Notes: generated by a model from the letters alone, not told the origin. Positions 19,662 through 31,440 are shown, counted from the first letter of the stretch. The stretch: 64,000 nt of DNA from Planctomycetota bacterium (GCA_041398545.1 JAWKUM010000005.1:132921-196920); one strand, 5' to 3'. Made by a program: numbers and translations.

Positions 19662-21263
19662 ATGACGCGCAACGCGGGGAACATCCTGGTGCTGGGACGG
19701 TTGGCGACCGAGCCGACCCGGCTGGAGCAGCGGCTCCTCGAGGCCGGCGTCGACCTCCGCATGGCCCACCCCGGCGACGCCGCCCACTGCGTCATCGAGC
19801 ACGTCCCGGACGTCGTCCTCGTGTCGCTCCCGGTCCTGCGCGAGGAGTCGGGCAACCTCCTCGGCCACGCCGACCGCGACCCCCGGGTCATGGCCGTCCT
19901 GCAGGAGGTCGAGGCCCTGGACCTCGAGGCCTCGCTCCAGGAGGCGATGCGCCTCGGCGCCCGCGAGGTCCTCGTCCCGCCGTTCGAGCAGGACGCCGAG
20001 CAGGAGTGCCTGCGGATCCTCCACCTGATCGAGGAGGAGCACGTCACGCAGGAGCTCGGGGCGATGCGCAACCGGGAGTCCCAGGCCACGCTGCGCCAGC
20101 AGGTCGCGGACCTCAAGGAGCGCTGCCTGCAGCAGGGGCGGAGCAACCAGGAGGCCCTGGACGTCTTCTACCTCGACCTGTCCCGGATGATGACGATCAT
20201 CGACAACATCGGGGACGGGATCGTGTTCACCGACCCGGAGGGGCAGATCACGCTGCTCAACCCGGTCGCGGCCGAGCTCCTCGGGATCAAGCCCATCGTG
20301 GCCATCGGCAAGCGGCTGCGGCAGCTCGAGGGCTGGAAGGACCTCCTGAGCCAGGTCGACGAGTTCCAGCGCCAGGCGATGATCGAGGGCGGCTCGGAGG
20401 AGGTCACGCTCGAGCTCCACCACGAGGAGCACGACCTGCTCTACCTGCAGGTCAACACGACGGCCGTGACCGACTACAAGGGGGCCTTCGCGGGCATCCT
20501 GACGGTCATCAAGGACGTCTCGGCCGAGCACAAGGCCGAGGAGAACAAGAACCAGTTCCTGTCGATCCTGAGCCACGAGCTCCGGACGCCCCTGACCGGG
20601 ATCAAGACCTTCGCGACCCTGCTGGCCCGCGGGGCCCTGGGGGAGATGGGCGAGCGGCAGCAGGGCGTGGCCGAGTCGATCCGGGAGCAGGCCCTGCGCC
20701 TCGAGCACGAGATCGACAAGCTGATCTGCCTCGGGCGCATCGAGTCGGGCGAGTTCGCCATGGACCTCGAGGTCTTCCCGGTCGTGGACCTCCTCGACCT
20801 GGCCGTCGTGCCCTTCGAGCAGGCCGCCCGGGAGGGGGAGATCGACTTCCGGCTCGAGCTTCCGGCGTTCTGCCCGCTGGTCCGGGCCGACCGCGAGGAC
20901 CTGCGCCGGGCGCTCCAGGCCCTGATCGAGAACGCGATCAAGTTCACGCCCTCGGGCGGGCGCGTCCAGGTCACGGTCGCCGAGGAAAGCGACAGTGTCG
21001 TGGTCTTCGTCGAGGATACGGGGCCCGGAATCGACAAAAGGTACCAGCGCCGGATCTTCGAAAAGTTCTACCAGGTGGAGGACCCCCTGACCCGGCACCA
21101 CGGCGGCGCCGGCCTGGGGCTCTGCGTGGCCAAGGGCGTCGCCCTGGCCCACGGCGGGGAGATCCTCGTCGAGAGCGATCTCGGCAAGGGTGCCCGGTTC
21201 GGGATCCGCCTGCCGAAGTTCGACATGCATCAGTTGGAGGAGGCGGAGAGCCTCGCCGTTTGA
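19662..21263 (+). CDS. hybrid-like sensor histidine kinase: pseudo-receiver + PAS + HisKA + HATPase_c
   Basis: The N-terminal REC-like fold has the acceptor Asp position replaced (DVVLVSLPVL). PAS (IDNIGDGIVFTDPEGQITLLN), H-box FLSILSHELRTPLTG, N box LIENAIKFT, G boxes DTGPGI and GGAGLGL. Confidence 0.85.
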   Translation: MTRNAGNILVLGRLATEPTRLEQRLLEAGVDLRMAHPGDAAHCVIEHVPDVVLVSLPVLREESGNLLGHADRDPRVMAVLQEVEALDLEASLQEAMRLGAREVLVPPFEQDAEQECLRILHLIEEEHVTQELGAMRNRESQATLRQQVADLKERCLQQGRSNQEALDVFYLDLSRMMTIIDNIGDGIVFTDPEGQITLLNPVAAELLGIKPIVAIGKRLRQLEGWKDLLSQVDEFQRQAMIEGGSEEVTLELHHEEHDLLYLQVNTTAVTDYKGAFAGILTVIKDVSAEHKAEENKNQFLSILSHELRTPLTGIKTFATLLARGALGEMGERQQGVAESIREQALRLEHEIDKLICLGRIESGEFAMDLEVFPVVDLLDLAVVPFEQAAREGEIDFRLELPAFCPLVRADREDLRRALQALIENAIKFTPSGGRVQVTVAEESDSVVVFVEDTGPGIDKRYQRRIFEKFYQVEDPLTRHHGGAGLGLCVAKGVALAHGGEILVESDLGKGARFGIRLPKFDMHQLEEAESLAV

Positions 21264-21289
21264 GTACACCACGTTCGAGAGGAACGGTG

Positions 21290-21670
21290 ATGGATAGGAC
21301 CGTCCTGATCATCGAAGACGAGAAGCTGATCATCGTCTCCACGCAGATGGTGCTCGAGGCCGTCGGCTACCGCGTCGAGGCCGCCATGAACGGCGAGGAG
21401 GGGATCCGCAAGGCCCGGGAGCTCAAGCCCGACCTGATCCTCCTCGACATCATGATGCCGGGCATCGACGGCTGGGAGACGCTGACGCGGCTCAAGCGCG
21501 AGTCGGAGACCTCGGAGATCCCCGTGATCATCTTCACGGCCCGCGAGCACGCCCGCGGCCACCAGAAGAGCTCGGACATGGGGGCCGCCGGCTACTTCCG
21601 CAAGCCGTTCGAGCCGGACGAGCTGATCGAGCTGGTCGAGAAGCACATCGGCCAGAAGACCCGGGCCTGA
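21290..21670 (+). CDS. single-domain response regulator (CheY-like)
   Basis: 126 aa. IIEDE, acceptor DLILLDIMMPGIDG, T in IIFTA, K in YFRKPF. Confidence 0.9.
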   Translation: MDRTVLIIEDEKLIIVSTQMVLEAVGYRVEAAMNGEEGIRKARELKPDLILLDIMMPGIDGWETLTRLKRESETSEIPVIIFTAREHARGHQKSSDMGAAGYFRKPFEPDELIELVEKHIGQKTRA

Positions 21671-21675
21671 CCGCC

Positions 21676-22931
21676 ATGGCCGCCGCCGGGGCACGCACCC
21701 GGGGCGACGCGCCGGCCGAGGTCCTCCGCGCGCTCGAGCGCGAGGAGGTCTACCAGCGCGTCCTCCTGCGCCTGTTCCTGCTCCTCAAGCACGTCGAGGA
21801 GGAGGACCCGGCCGGCGTCTCGGACGAGGTCCTGGCCTCCTTCCTCGACCCCCTGCGCGACTGCCTCGCCGCGGAGGGCAGCCTCGTGCTCGGCGAGCGC
21901 GGCGGCTACCTGTACCTCAACGGCGTCCGCGCCCGCCTCGACCTCGAGGGCTTCTCGGCCCTGCGCTACCTCGTCCAGGTCCTCTACGCCCACGAGCTGC
22001 AGGGCCTGCTGTTCGAGCCCGGGCTCAGCCGGGCCGACCTCCTCGGCCTCCTGGCCCTCGTCCTCGACCGCGACGCCGCGCCCGACGCCAGCTTCTCCGA
22101 GCGGCTCGAGCGCGCCGGCGTCCGCCGCATCCACCCGATCGCCCGCGAGGTCGTCGACGAGGGCGACCGCGAGAACCTCTACCGGCTCGACCCGGGCGCC
22201 GACTTCTCGTCGCGCAAGACCTGGTTCAAGAGCATCTTCATCGTCAAGCACCTGCTCGCCGGGCGCAGCTCGTCGTGCCCCGTCGGGCTCGATGACGCCG
22301 TGCCGATCCTGCAGGAGCTGGCCCAGGCCCTGCTCGGCGAGGAGAGCTTCCTGCGCGCCCTCGACGACCTCAAGGACTGGGACGCCGGCCTGTTCTCGCA
22401 CTCGGTCGACGTCGCGCTGATCTCGGTCGTCCTCGGGCGGCGCATGGGCTTCGACAACGAGCACCTGGCCCAGCTCGGCGTCTCGGCCCTGTTCCACGAC
22501 ATCGGCCACGTCGGGCTCGGCCGCGCCGAGGAGCGGGGGCGGAGCTTCCGCGCCGGCGAGGTCGAGGAGCCGCGCCGGCACGCGAGCCGCAGCTTCCGCC
22601 GCCTGGCGCCCTACGCCGTCGGCTCGGCGATCCTCGAGCGCGCGGCCCTGATCGCCTGGCACCACCACGAGCCCGGCAGCCCGCTGCCGCACCCGCGCCC
22701 CGACGAGGAGGGGCGCCGGGCCCTGATGCGGGCCGTGGTCGAGGTCGTCGACCGCTACGACCGGCTCCTCCACGGCGTCGACGACGGCGTCCAGCGCCTG
22801 CCCCGCGAGGCCTCGACCTCCTGCCCGAGGCCCTCGGCCACCGGCACGACGACGTCGTCGGCGTGCTCCGCGAGGCCGTCGTCCGCGTCCGCTGGACTGA
22901 CCTACAGGCCGCGGCCCCGGACCTTCGATAG
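21676..22931 (+). CDS. HD-domain (HD-GYP-like, degenerate GYP) phosphohydrolase; one frame break near the 3' end
   Basis: HSVDVALISV..LGVSALFHDIGH and WHHHE.. The GYP position reads SPLP. After ~22810 the sensible reading (..[27 protein letters not shown]..) is in the next frame and stops at TAG 22929-22931. The ORF-track frame runs on to 23016. Confidence 0.65.
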
Positions 22932-23546
22932 GAAGGCCCGGAGGGCGTCCTCGTCGATGCGGCCCCGGGTCGCCGGCCAGCACGCCTCCACGCTCCGGAC
23001 CGCCTCGAGGACCTGATCCTCGGACGCGCCGAAGCGCAGGGCTCCGACGGCGTGGGCCTGGCACTGCTCCTGCTGGGCCAGCACGACGAGGAGGCCACCC
23101 CGCAAAGTTCCTTGCGCGACCCTCGAGGTCCGGCCGGCCGAGCACGGCGCCGTAGGCCAAGCCGAGCACGCAGTCGGCGAAGGCCGGGTCGAGGGCCGAG
23201 ATCCTGTCCACGAGCCGCTGCGCATGTCCCCCGTAGACCGTCCCGAAGTACGCCGCGCCGCGCGCGGGGTCCGCCTCGAGGCCACGGCCGGCGCCGTCGT
23301 CGAGGCGGCCGTCGAGCCGGAACAGCGCCGCGAGGGCGCAGGGAAGCCGGCGTAGGGCACGCCCATGAGGCAGAGCTCGCGCAGCTGGGCTGGCGTCGCG
23401 CCGCGCGCGAGGGCGCGGGCGGCGAGGGCCTCGAAGTCGTCGAGCTCGTAGGCCGTCAGGGCGGCCATGGCGAGGCACAGGCACCGCTCGGCCGGGGCCA
23501 GGCCGGGGCGGGCCTCGAGGGCGTCGAGGTCGGGGCGGGCGTCCAT
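22902..23546 (-). pseudogene. carboxymuconolactone decarboxylase (AhpD-like) family protein, two frame breaks
   Basis: N-terminal ..ALARGATPAQLRELCLMGVPYAGFP.. The middle part (ALAALFRLDG...YFGTVYGGHAQRLVDRISALDPAFADCVLGLAYGAVLGRPDLEGR) is in another frame. The C-terminus (..AVGALRFGASEDQVLEAVRSVE..) returns to the first frame. Confidence 0.55.
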
Positions 23547-24171
23547 CGCCGCAGTCTAGCGGCGGCCGCGCTGGCGCTCCTCGTGCTCGTCACGGCGTCG
23601 GCCTGCGGCGGCGAGGTCCGCCGCTTCGCGGGCGGGGGGCCGGTGCCGCTGAGCCGCGGCTTCGGCATGGACCCGATCCCGCTGCCCGACGGCCGCAGCG
23701 TCGGCCGCGCCGAGTTCCGCGCCCACGTCGCGCGCAGCCTGGCCCCGGCCTGGCTGCGGTTCCTCGCCCTCGACCGGGCCGTGGCCGCCGACCTCGCCGC
23801 CCGCGGCGTCGCCGAGCCCGACCTGGACCTGCGCCGGCGCACGCGCGCCCTGCTGCGCGACGGCGTCCTGGCCGAGGAGCTGCCGGCGGCCATCGGCGAG
23901 CACCGCTGCGAGAAGGCCTTCTTCGACCTGTCCCGCTGCCTCGCGCGCGTCGCCGCGCTCCACGGGGCCGGGAGCGACGTCGACGCCGCGACCCTGCGCG
24001 CGTGAATGCGCCGAGGAGGTGGCCGCGCGGCAGCCGCGCCTCGTCGACGACCCCGAGCACCCGGCGGAGTGCCAGGGCCAGCGCGTCGCGGCGATCGAGG
24101 TCTACCCCGACCTCTCGGCCCTGATCCCGGGCGAGCGCCGCCGAGCCCTGCTCTACGAGGCCGCGCAGTAG
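23541..24171 (+). pseudogene. hypothetical lipoprotein-like protein, start unclear, one frame break near 24000
   Basis: Lipobox-like N-terminus (HRRSLAAAALALLVLVTASACGG) but no canonical start codon in frame. After ..DVDAATLRA the sensible reading (..VAARQPRLVDDPEHPAECQGQRVAAIEVYPDLSALIPGERRRALLYEAAQ*) is in the +1 frame, ending at TAG 24169-24171. Confidence 0.35.
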
Positions 24172-24174
24172 CCC

Positions 24175-25631
24175 GAGTCTCAGATGGAATGAGAGGGCCG
24201 GTCGCTCCACGCAGTCACCCCAAAATGGGGGCTGCACATGAATAGAGACGACCGACCCATGACTCACGCTACCACCACTTCCTCCCATCTGACCATCGGC
24301 TTGGACGTCGGCGACCGCACGACCCACTACTGCCTGCTCCGGGACCGTGAGGTCGTCGGCGAGGGACACTTCCCGACGACCGGGAAGGGCCTCGACCGCG
24401 CCCTCCAGGCCCACGCCGGCTCCCGGGTGATCCTCGAGGCCGGCTCGCGGTCCCCGTGGATGTCCCGGCACCTGCTGGGTCTCGGCTTCGTGGTCCACGT
24501 CGCCGATCCCAGGCGGGTCCAGCTGATCGCCAAGGACCCCAGGAAGACCGACCGGCGGGACGCCGAGCTCCTGGCCCGGCTGGAGCACGGCATGCCCGAG
24601 TTGCTCGGCCAGGTCCACCACCGGAGCGAGCAGGCCCAGGCGGACCTGGCCATGATCCGGGCCCGGGACCAGGTCGTGCGGGCCCGTGCCTCCCTCGTGC
24701 AGTGCGTCAGGGCCTGACCAAGTCCTTCGGTCTCCGCCTGCCTCTGCCTCGACGAAGGGCTTCGGCAAGGGTCCGCGGACTCGTGCCGCAGATCCTCCTG
24801 CCTGCGGTCGAGCCGCTGCTGGATCAGATCGTGGCCTGTCGGCGACGATCCGGACCTACGACCGCTGCATCGGGAAGGCCGCCGAGGCGCGCTACCCGAG
24901 GCCGCCGTGCTGCAGCAGGTCCACGGCGTCGGACCGCTGACATCGATGGCCTTCGCCCTGACGATCGAAGAGCCGACCCGCTTCGACGACAGCCGGCGCG
25001 TGGGGTCCTGGGTCGGCCTGTGTCCGCGGAGCCAGGCCTCCGGCGACAAGGCCCCCGAGCTCGGGATCAGCAAGTCGGGCGACGGCTACCTGAGGCGGCT
25101 GCTCGTCCAGTGCGCGCAGTACATCCTGGGCCCCTTCGGCAAGGACGGCGACCTGCGACGCTTCGGTCTGCGCCTCGCGGCCAGGGGAGGACGATCCGCG
25201 AAGAAACGCGCGGTCACGGCCGTGGCCAGGAAGCTGGCCGTGCTGCTGCACCGCCTGTGGCGTCACGGCCTGAGCTACGACCCGCTCCATGACGCCGACA
25301 GGAAGGCCGCTCGCCTGTCGGCCTGAGCCCGACCCGACCGGAGGAACACACGGAGAGGAGTGCGCCCAGCGCCTGATCCCATGAGCAGAGGACTCACCGC
25401 CCGATCCCGGCGACTGCGACAGTCTCTTGGCCCTCGAGGCCGCGTCTCAGATCGCAGCACCGGATCGGACGGATTCCAAGGCACCGGCCTCGAAGCGAGG
25501 CCCCAGCGAGTGCGGATAGAAACCTGCGGAGTCCGATGCCACCCCGGGACAGGCGCCAGGCGCCGGCCCTCGCCGGAAGGAGCCAGAGAGAAAACCAGTT
25601 GAACCGACCGCCCCTCTCATAGAAGAGACTC
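24175..25631 (+). mobile_element. IS110-family insertion sequence (degraded or mis-assembled transposase)
   Basis: About 1.46 kb unit bounded by imperfect inverted repeats: GAGTCTCAGATGGAATGAGAGGGCCGGTCG (24175-24204) and CGACCGCCCCTCTCATAGAAGAGACTC (25605-25631). Carries an IS110-type transposase. Confidence 0.7.
24238..25326 (+). pseudogene. IS110-family transposase (DEDD N-domain + HhH Transposase_20 C-domain), at least 4 frame switches
   Basis: N-domain IGLDVGDRTTHYC..GSRVILEAGS..DRRDAELLA. It then continues through other frames (GLTKSFGLRLP / STKGFGK / VRGLVPQILLPAVEPLLDQIVA / IRTYDRCIGKAAEARYP). C-domain LQQVHGVGPLTSMAF..FDDSRRVGSWVGLCPRSQASGDK..ISKSGDGYLRRLL. Confidence 0.8.
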
Positions 25632-25635
25632 CGAG

Positions 25636-25683
25636 GGAAGGGTGTCCCGGGAAACCCTTCCGTTCAGGCCACGTGGAACGGAA
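25636..25683. other. two overlapping, mutually exclusive hairpins directly abutting the IS110 right end
   Basis: H1: GGAAGGGT (25636-43) pairs with ACCCTTCC (25654-61). H2: TTCCGTTC (25658-65) pairs with GAACGGAA (25676-83). Both stems are 8 bp and perfect, and they share TTCC. The region is locally GC-poor and non-coding. Confidence 0.4.
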
Positions 25684-25771
25684 CAGTTTCCTGCCATTCC
25701 GTCAGGCAGCTCCTGCCCGCCGGGATTCGAGCGACTCAGAGATCCGTCGGCTGCCCGGTAGGCTCGGGCCC

Positions 25772-26755
25772 ATGGACGCCACCAGGCTCCGCATCGCCGA
25801 GGACGACGCCGGCCAGCGCGTCGATCGCTTCGTGCGCAAGCTCCTGCCGGGCCTGGCCCTGTCGGCGGTCTACAAGCTCCTGCGCAGCGGCCGGGTCCGC
25901 GTCGACGGCGCCAAGGTCGGCCCCGGCGCCCGGCTCGGCGCCGGCCAGGAGCTCAGCCTGGCGATGCCCGCCGACGAGCTCGCACGGCTCGGCTTCGGCG
26001 GGCCCACGCGTCGCGCCGCGCCGGCGCCGGCGCCGGCCCTGCCGCCGCCGGAGGTCGTCTACGAGGACGACGACCTCTGCGTCGTCGTCAAGCCGGCCGG
26101 GCTGGCCGTGCACGAGGGCACCGGCCACGAGCGCGACAGCCTCGCGGCCCGCGTGCGAGCCCGGCTCGGCGATCGCGGCGCGTTGCGGTTCCGCCCGGCC
26201 CCGGCCCACCGCCTCGACCGCGACAGCTCGGGCCTCGTCGCCTTCGGCAAGACCGCCGCCGGCCTGCGCGGGCTCGCTGCGGCCTTCCGCGCGCGCGACC
26301 TGCGCAAGCTCTACCTCGCCGTCGTCGACGGCCGCCCGCCGGCCCGCGGCGAGCTCGGCGGCCGCTTCTCGGTCCGCGAGCAGGCCGGCGCGGCCGAGCC
26401 GCGCCTCGTGCCCGACCCCGAGGGCGCCGAGGCCCGGCTCACGTTCAGCCGGCTGGCCGCGGCCGGCGCCCACGCCCTGTGCGAGGTCGAGCTGGGCACC
26501 GGGCGCCGCCACCAGATCCGCGCCCAGCTCGCGGCCGCCGGCCACGCCCTCGCGGGCGACCTCCGCTACGGCGGCCGGGCCCTGCCCGAGGCCGCGCGCC
26601 GCGCCGCCGGCGGGCGGCGCTTCCTGCTGCACGCCTGGCGGCTCGAGCTCCGCCACCCGCTGCGCGACGAGGTCCTCGCCCTCGAGGCCCCGCTGCCCGA
26701 GGATCTGCGCGCGGCGCTGGCCGCCCTCGGCCTCCCCTGGCCGCCGCGACGATGA
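25772..26755 (+). CDS. RluA-family (RluC/RluD-type) rRNA pseudouridine synthase with N-terminal S4 domain
   Basis: S4-like N-terminus (GQRVDRFVRKLLPGLALSAVYKLLRSGRVRVDG), catalytic HRLDRDSSGL, C-terminal GRRHQIRAQLA..GHALAGDLRYGG. Confidence 0.85.
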   Translation: MDATRLRIAEDDAGQRVDRFVRKLLPGLALSAVYKLLRSGRVRVDGAKVGPGARLGAGQELSLAMPADELARLGFGGPTRRAAPAPAPALPPPEVVYEDDDLCVVVKPAGLAVHEGTGHERDSLAARVRARLGDRGALRFRPAPAHRLDRDSSGLVAFGKTAAGLRGLAAAFRARDLRKLYLAVVDGRPPARGELGGRFSVREQAGAAEPRLVPDPEGAEARLTFSRLAAAGAHALCEVELGTGRRHQIRAQLAAAGHALAGDLRYGGRALPEAARRAAGGRRFLLHAWRLELRHPLRDEVLALEAPLPEDLRAALAALGLPWPPRR

Positions 26756-27678
26756 AGACCACGGCCCTGCTCCCGTTCGCCCTGCTCGCCGCCGGCTGCG
26801 CGACCCGCTACGGCACCGAGGTCGCGATCTGCGACGAGCTTTTCCCGACCGGCACCCGCGTCGTCATGTGGGACGAGGCCGGGGGCTTCGACGCCTACTC
26901 GCACGACCCGGCCTTCCCCCTGGAGCTGCCCGAGGACGCCGAGCCGCCGACCGGGGCGCGCTACGGCCATCGCGTGCCACGCGACGCCGCGCTCGCGGCC
27001 GAGGTCGAGGCCTCGGGCTGGACCCTCGACGCCCTCCGCCGCCAGGTCGACCAGGTCGTCGTGCACTACGACGCCGCGGGCACGTCGCGGCGCTGCTTCC
27101 GCATCCTGCAGGACCTGCGCGGCCTGTCCTGCCACTTCCTGATCGACGTGGACGGCACGGTCTACCAGTGCCTCGACCTGCGCGAGCGGGCCTGGCACGC
27201 CGGCACGGCCAACGACCGCTCGGTCGGCATCGAGCTGGCGCAGATCGGCGCCTGGCCCGAGGAGCGGCGCGACGTGCTCGAGGAGCACTACGCCGAGGAC
27301 GCCCTGGGCCCGTACCTGGTCCTGCCCGACGGCCCCGACCGCGGCCAGCTCCCGCCCGGGCTCGTCGGCCGGCCCGCCGCGCGCCCTGCTCGAAGGCGAG
27401 GTCCAGGGCCGGTCCTGGCTGCAGTGCGACTCACGCGGGCCCAGTGCGGGCCCTGATCAGCTCCTCCGCGTCCTGGTCAAGGAGCTGCCGGCGATCGCCG
27501 TCAGCGTGCCGCGCGACAGCACCGGCGCGCTGCGCACCACGGCTGTCGCCCGAGGAGCTGGCCGCGTTCAGGGCCTGCTCGGCCACTTCCACGTGTCGGT
27601 CGAGAAGCACGACCCGGGGCCACCTTCTCGTGGCGGGAGCTCCTGCGCGGCCTCCGGGGCGCGCCGCTGCGTCCCTGA
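26752..27678 (+). pseudogene. N-acetylmuramoyl-L-alanine amidase (Amidase_2/PGRP fold) lipoprotein, at least 3 frame breaks in the 3' third
   Basis: ATG 26752 overlaps the preceding stop. Lipobox LLAAGCA. Amidase_2 core (QVVVHYDAAG..CHFLIDVDGTVYQCLDLRERAWHAG..NDRSVGIELA). The tail is only readable by frame switching (..LLGHFHVSVEKHDPGP / FSWRELLRGLRGAPLRP*), with stop TGA 27676-27678. Confidence 0.7.
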
Positions 27679-27919
27679 GCCGTCCATGGCCCGCGAGATC
27701 GGCCTCCAAGTCCGGCCTCGGCACGACCGCCTCCGGTTGGGGTCGGATCCGATCCCGTACCCCAGGCAGGGCGTGCGGGCCGAGGCCGCGACCCACCGCG
27801 GGGGCCGAGCCCGCGATGCCATCGGGTCCTCGGTTCCGCCGGGCGCTCCCCGTCGCTATCCTCTGCGGTCGCGACAAGGGCGGTCTCGTCGCACCGACGA
27901 CTCTCGAGGGAGGGGAGCA

Positions 27920-29410
27920 ATGGACAAGATCCGCGTCCACGGAGGACGCCGGCTGGGAGACGGGTCTGGGTCTCGGGTTCCAAGAACGCGGCGCTGCCGA
28001 TCCTGGCCTCGTACCTGCTCGTGGAGGGGCCCGTGCGGCTGCGCGGGATCCCCAAGCTCGCCGACGTCGACAACATGCTCTACATGCTGTCGCGCCTCGG
28101 CGTGCGCTCCGCGTGGCAGGCCGACGGCGTGCTCGAGCTTGAGGTCGTCGACGAGAGCGAAGTCGAGGCGCCGTACCACCTCGATGCGCACGATGCGCCT
28201 CTCGTTCTACCTGCTCGGCCCGCTGTGGGCCCGGCGCGGCCGCTGCGATCGTCAACCACCCCGGCGGCTGCGTCTTCGGCCACCGGCCGGTCAATCGCCT
28301 GTCTCGGAGACGCCGCTGCGGCCTGGAACCGGGCTGACCCTGCGCGGCAGCAACGTCCACCCGGCGGCGAGGTCCGCGGCGGCACGATCTTCCTCGGCGG
28401 GAGCTTCGGCTCGACGGTGCTCGGCACGGCCGGCATCGTCGCATGGCCGCGACCCTGGCCAAGGAGCCGGACCGTGCTCGAAGTCTGCGCGGCCCAGGAG
28501 CCCGAGGTCGTCGACCTGTGCCGGTTCCTCAACCGCTGCGGCGCGCGCATCGAGGGCCTCGGCAGCCACCGCCTCGTCATCGACGGCGTCGAGCGAAGCT
28601 GACCGGCTGCGACTACGAGATCATCCCCGACCGCATCCGAGGCCGGGACGCTGCTGATGGCGGGCATCGCGACCTGCGGCGAGGTCGAGGTCGTCGGCGC
28701 GCGGCCGGACCACCGGCCGCCGTGCTCGACCGCCTGCGCGAAGGCCGGCGCGCCGAGATCGGCGAGATGGACCTCAGCGAGGCCTACGGCCTGCCGGGCG
28801 GGCCACGTCCGCTGGTCCCGCTGGACCCGGACCGCGCACGGGCCAAGCCGCCGCCGCGCCAAGCCGCGGCGGGCCAAGAACTCCTTCGGCCAGGGCATCC
28901 AGGACGACGTCCGCATGGCCTACCGCCTGCAGCGGGGCAGGGGCGAGCCCGCGCCCGAGGACGACGCGGCAGCCTGCCCGACGGATCCCGTTCATCCGCA
29001 CGCTGCCCTGGGACCGGCTGCAGAGCGTCGACGCCGTGACGATGCCGTGCCCCGGCTTCCCGACCGACGTCCAGGCGCAGATGCTGTCGCTCCTGTGCCT
29101 CTGCGACGGCGTCGGCGTCGTGACCGAGAAGATCTACCCCGAGCGCTTCATCCACGTCGCCGAGCTCAACCGCATGGGCGCCGAGATCCGGCGCGAGGGT
29201 CGGCGCGATCGTCAAGAACGGCCCGCGCCTGCAGGGGCCATGCTGATGGCCTCCGACCTCCGCGCCTCGGCCGCGCTGATCATGGCCGGCCTCGTCGCCG
29301 ACGGCCTGACCGAGCTGCGCCGCGTCTACCACCTCGACCGCGGCTACGAGCACCTCGAGGACAAGCTCGCCGCCCTCGGCGCCGACATCGAGCGCGTCGC
29401 CGACCGCTGA
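27920..29410 (+). pseudogene. murA: UDP-N-acetylglucosamine 1-carboxyvinyltransferase, many frame breaks
   Basis: The gene can be followed across all three frames. Start: MDKIRVHGGRRL / VSGSKNAALPILASYLLVEGPVRLRGIPKLADVDNMLYML.. / MRLSFYLLGPL.. / TIFLGGSFGSTVLGT.. Middle: CAAQEPEVVDLCRFLNRCGARIEGLGSHRLVIDGVE.. End: [70 protein letters not shown]. Confidence 0.85.
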
Positions 29411-29415
29411 GCGGA

Positions 29416-29436
29416 GGCGGCCGTCACGCGGCCGCC
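29416..29436. terminator. GC-rich hairpin between convergent murA and the 29447 ORF (possible terminator, no U-tract)
   Basis: GGCGGCCG-tcacg-CGGCCGCC: perfect 8-bp stem, 5-nt loop, 6 nt after the murA stop. Confidence 0.3.
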
Positions 29437-29863
29437 GGGGCGGTCATCACATGACCCGCCAGTCGAGCCCGATCATCGACGTGCCGTTGATGACGGGCTG
29501 GTCGGCCGGGCTCCGCGCCGGCTCATGCACGTTCAGGGACGCCAGGATCGGGAACTCGGGCGGTCTCCAGGTCACCCCCGGGTCCTCATTGACCGGATGA
29601 TGACCGGCCAGGTACCCGGCCATCGCCGAGCACAGGTTCTTCAGCGTCCCGATCACGCGATGGACCCGTTGCGGGAGATCTGCCGCCGGACCTCAGGCAG
29701 GCGCACCCAGGCCGCCAGCCCGAGCGAGGCCAGGACCGGGGCCAGCACGACACAGGGTCCGGGTGACCGAGCTGCCAGACCGACGAGGCATGCCCCCTCA
29801 TCGGTCGCGCTCCGCCACGCCGGGTCGGCCGACCGGCCCCTCCGGGCCGGTCGGGTCGAGCGC

Positions 29864-31440
<1,577 letters not shown>

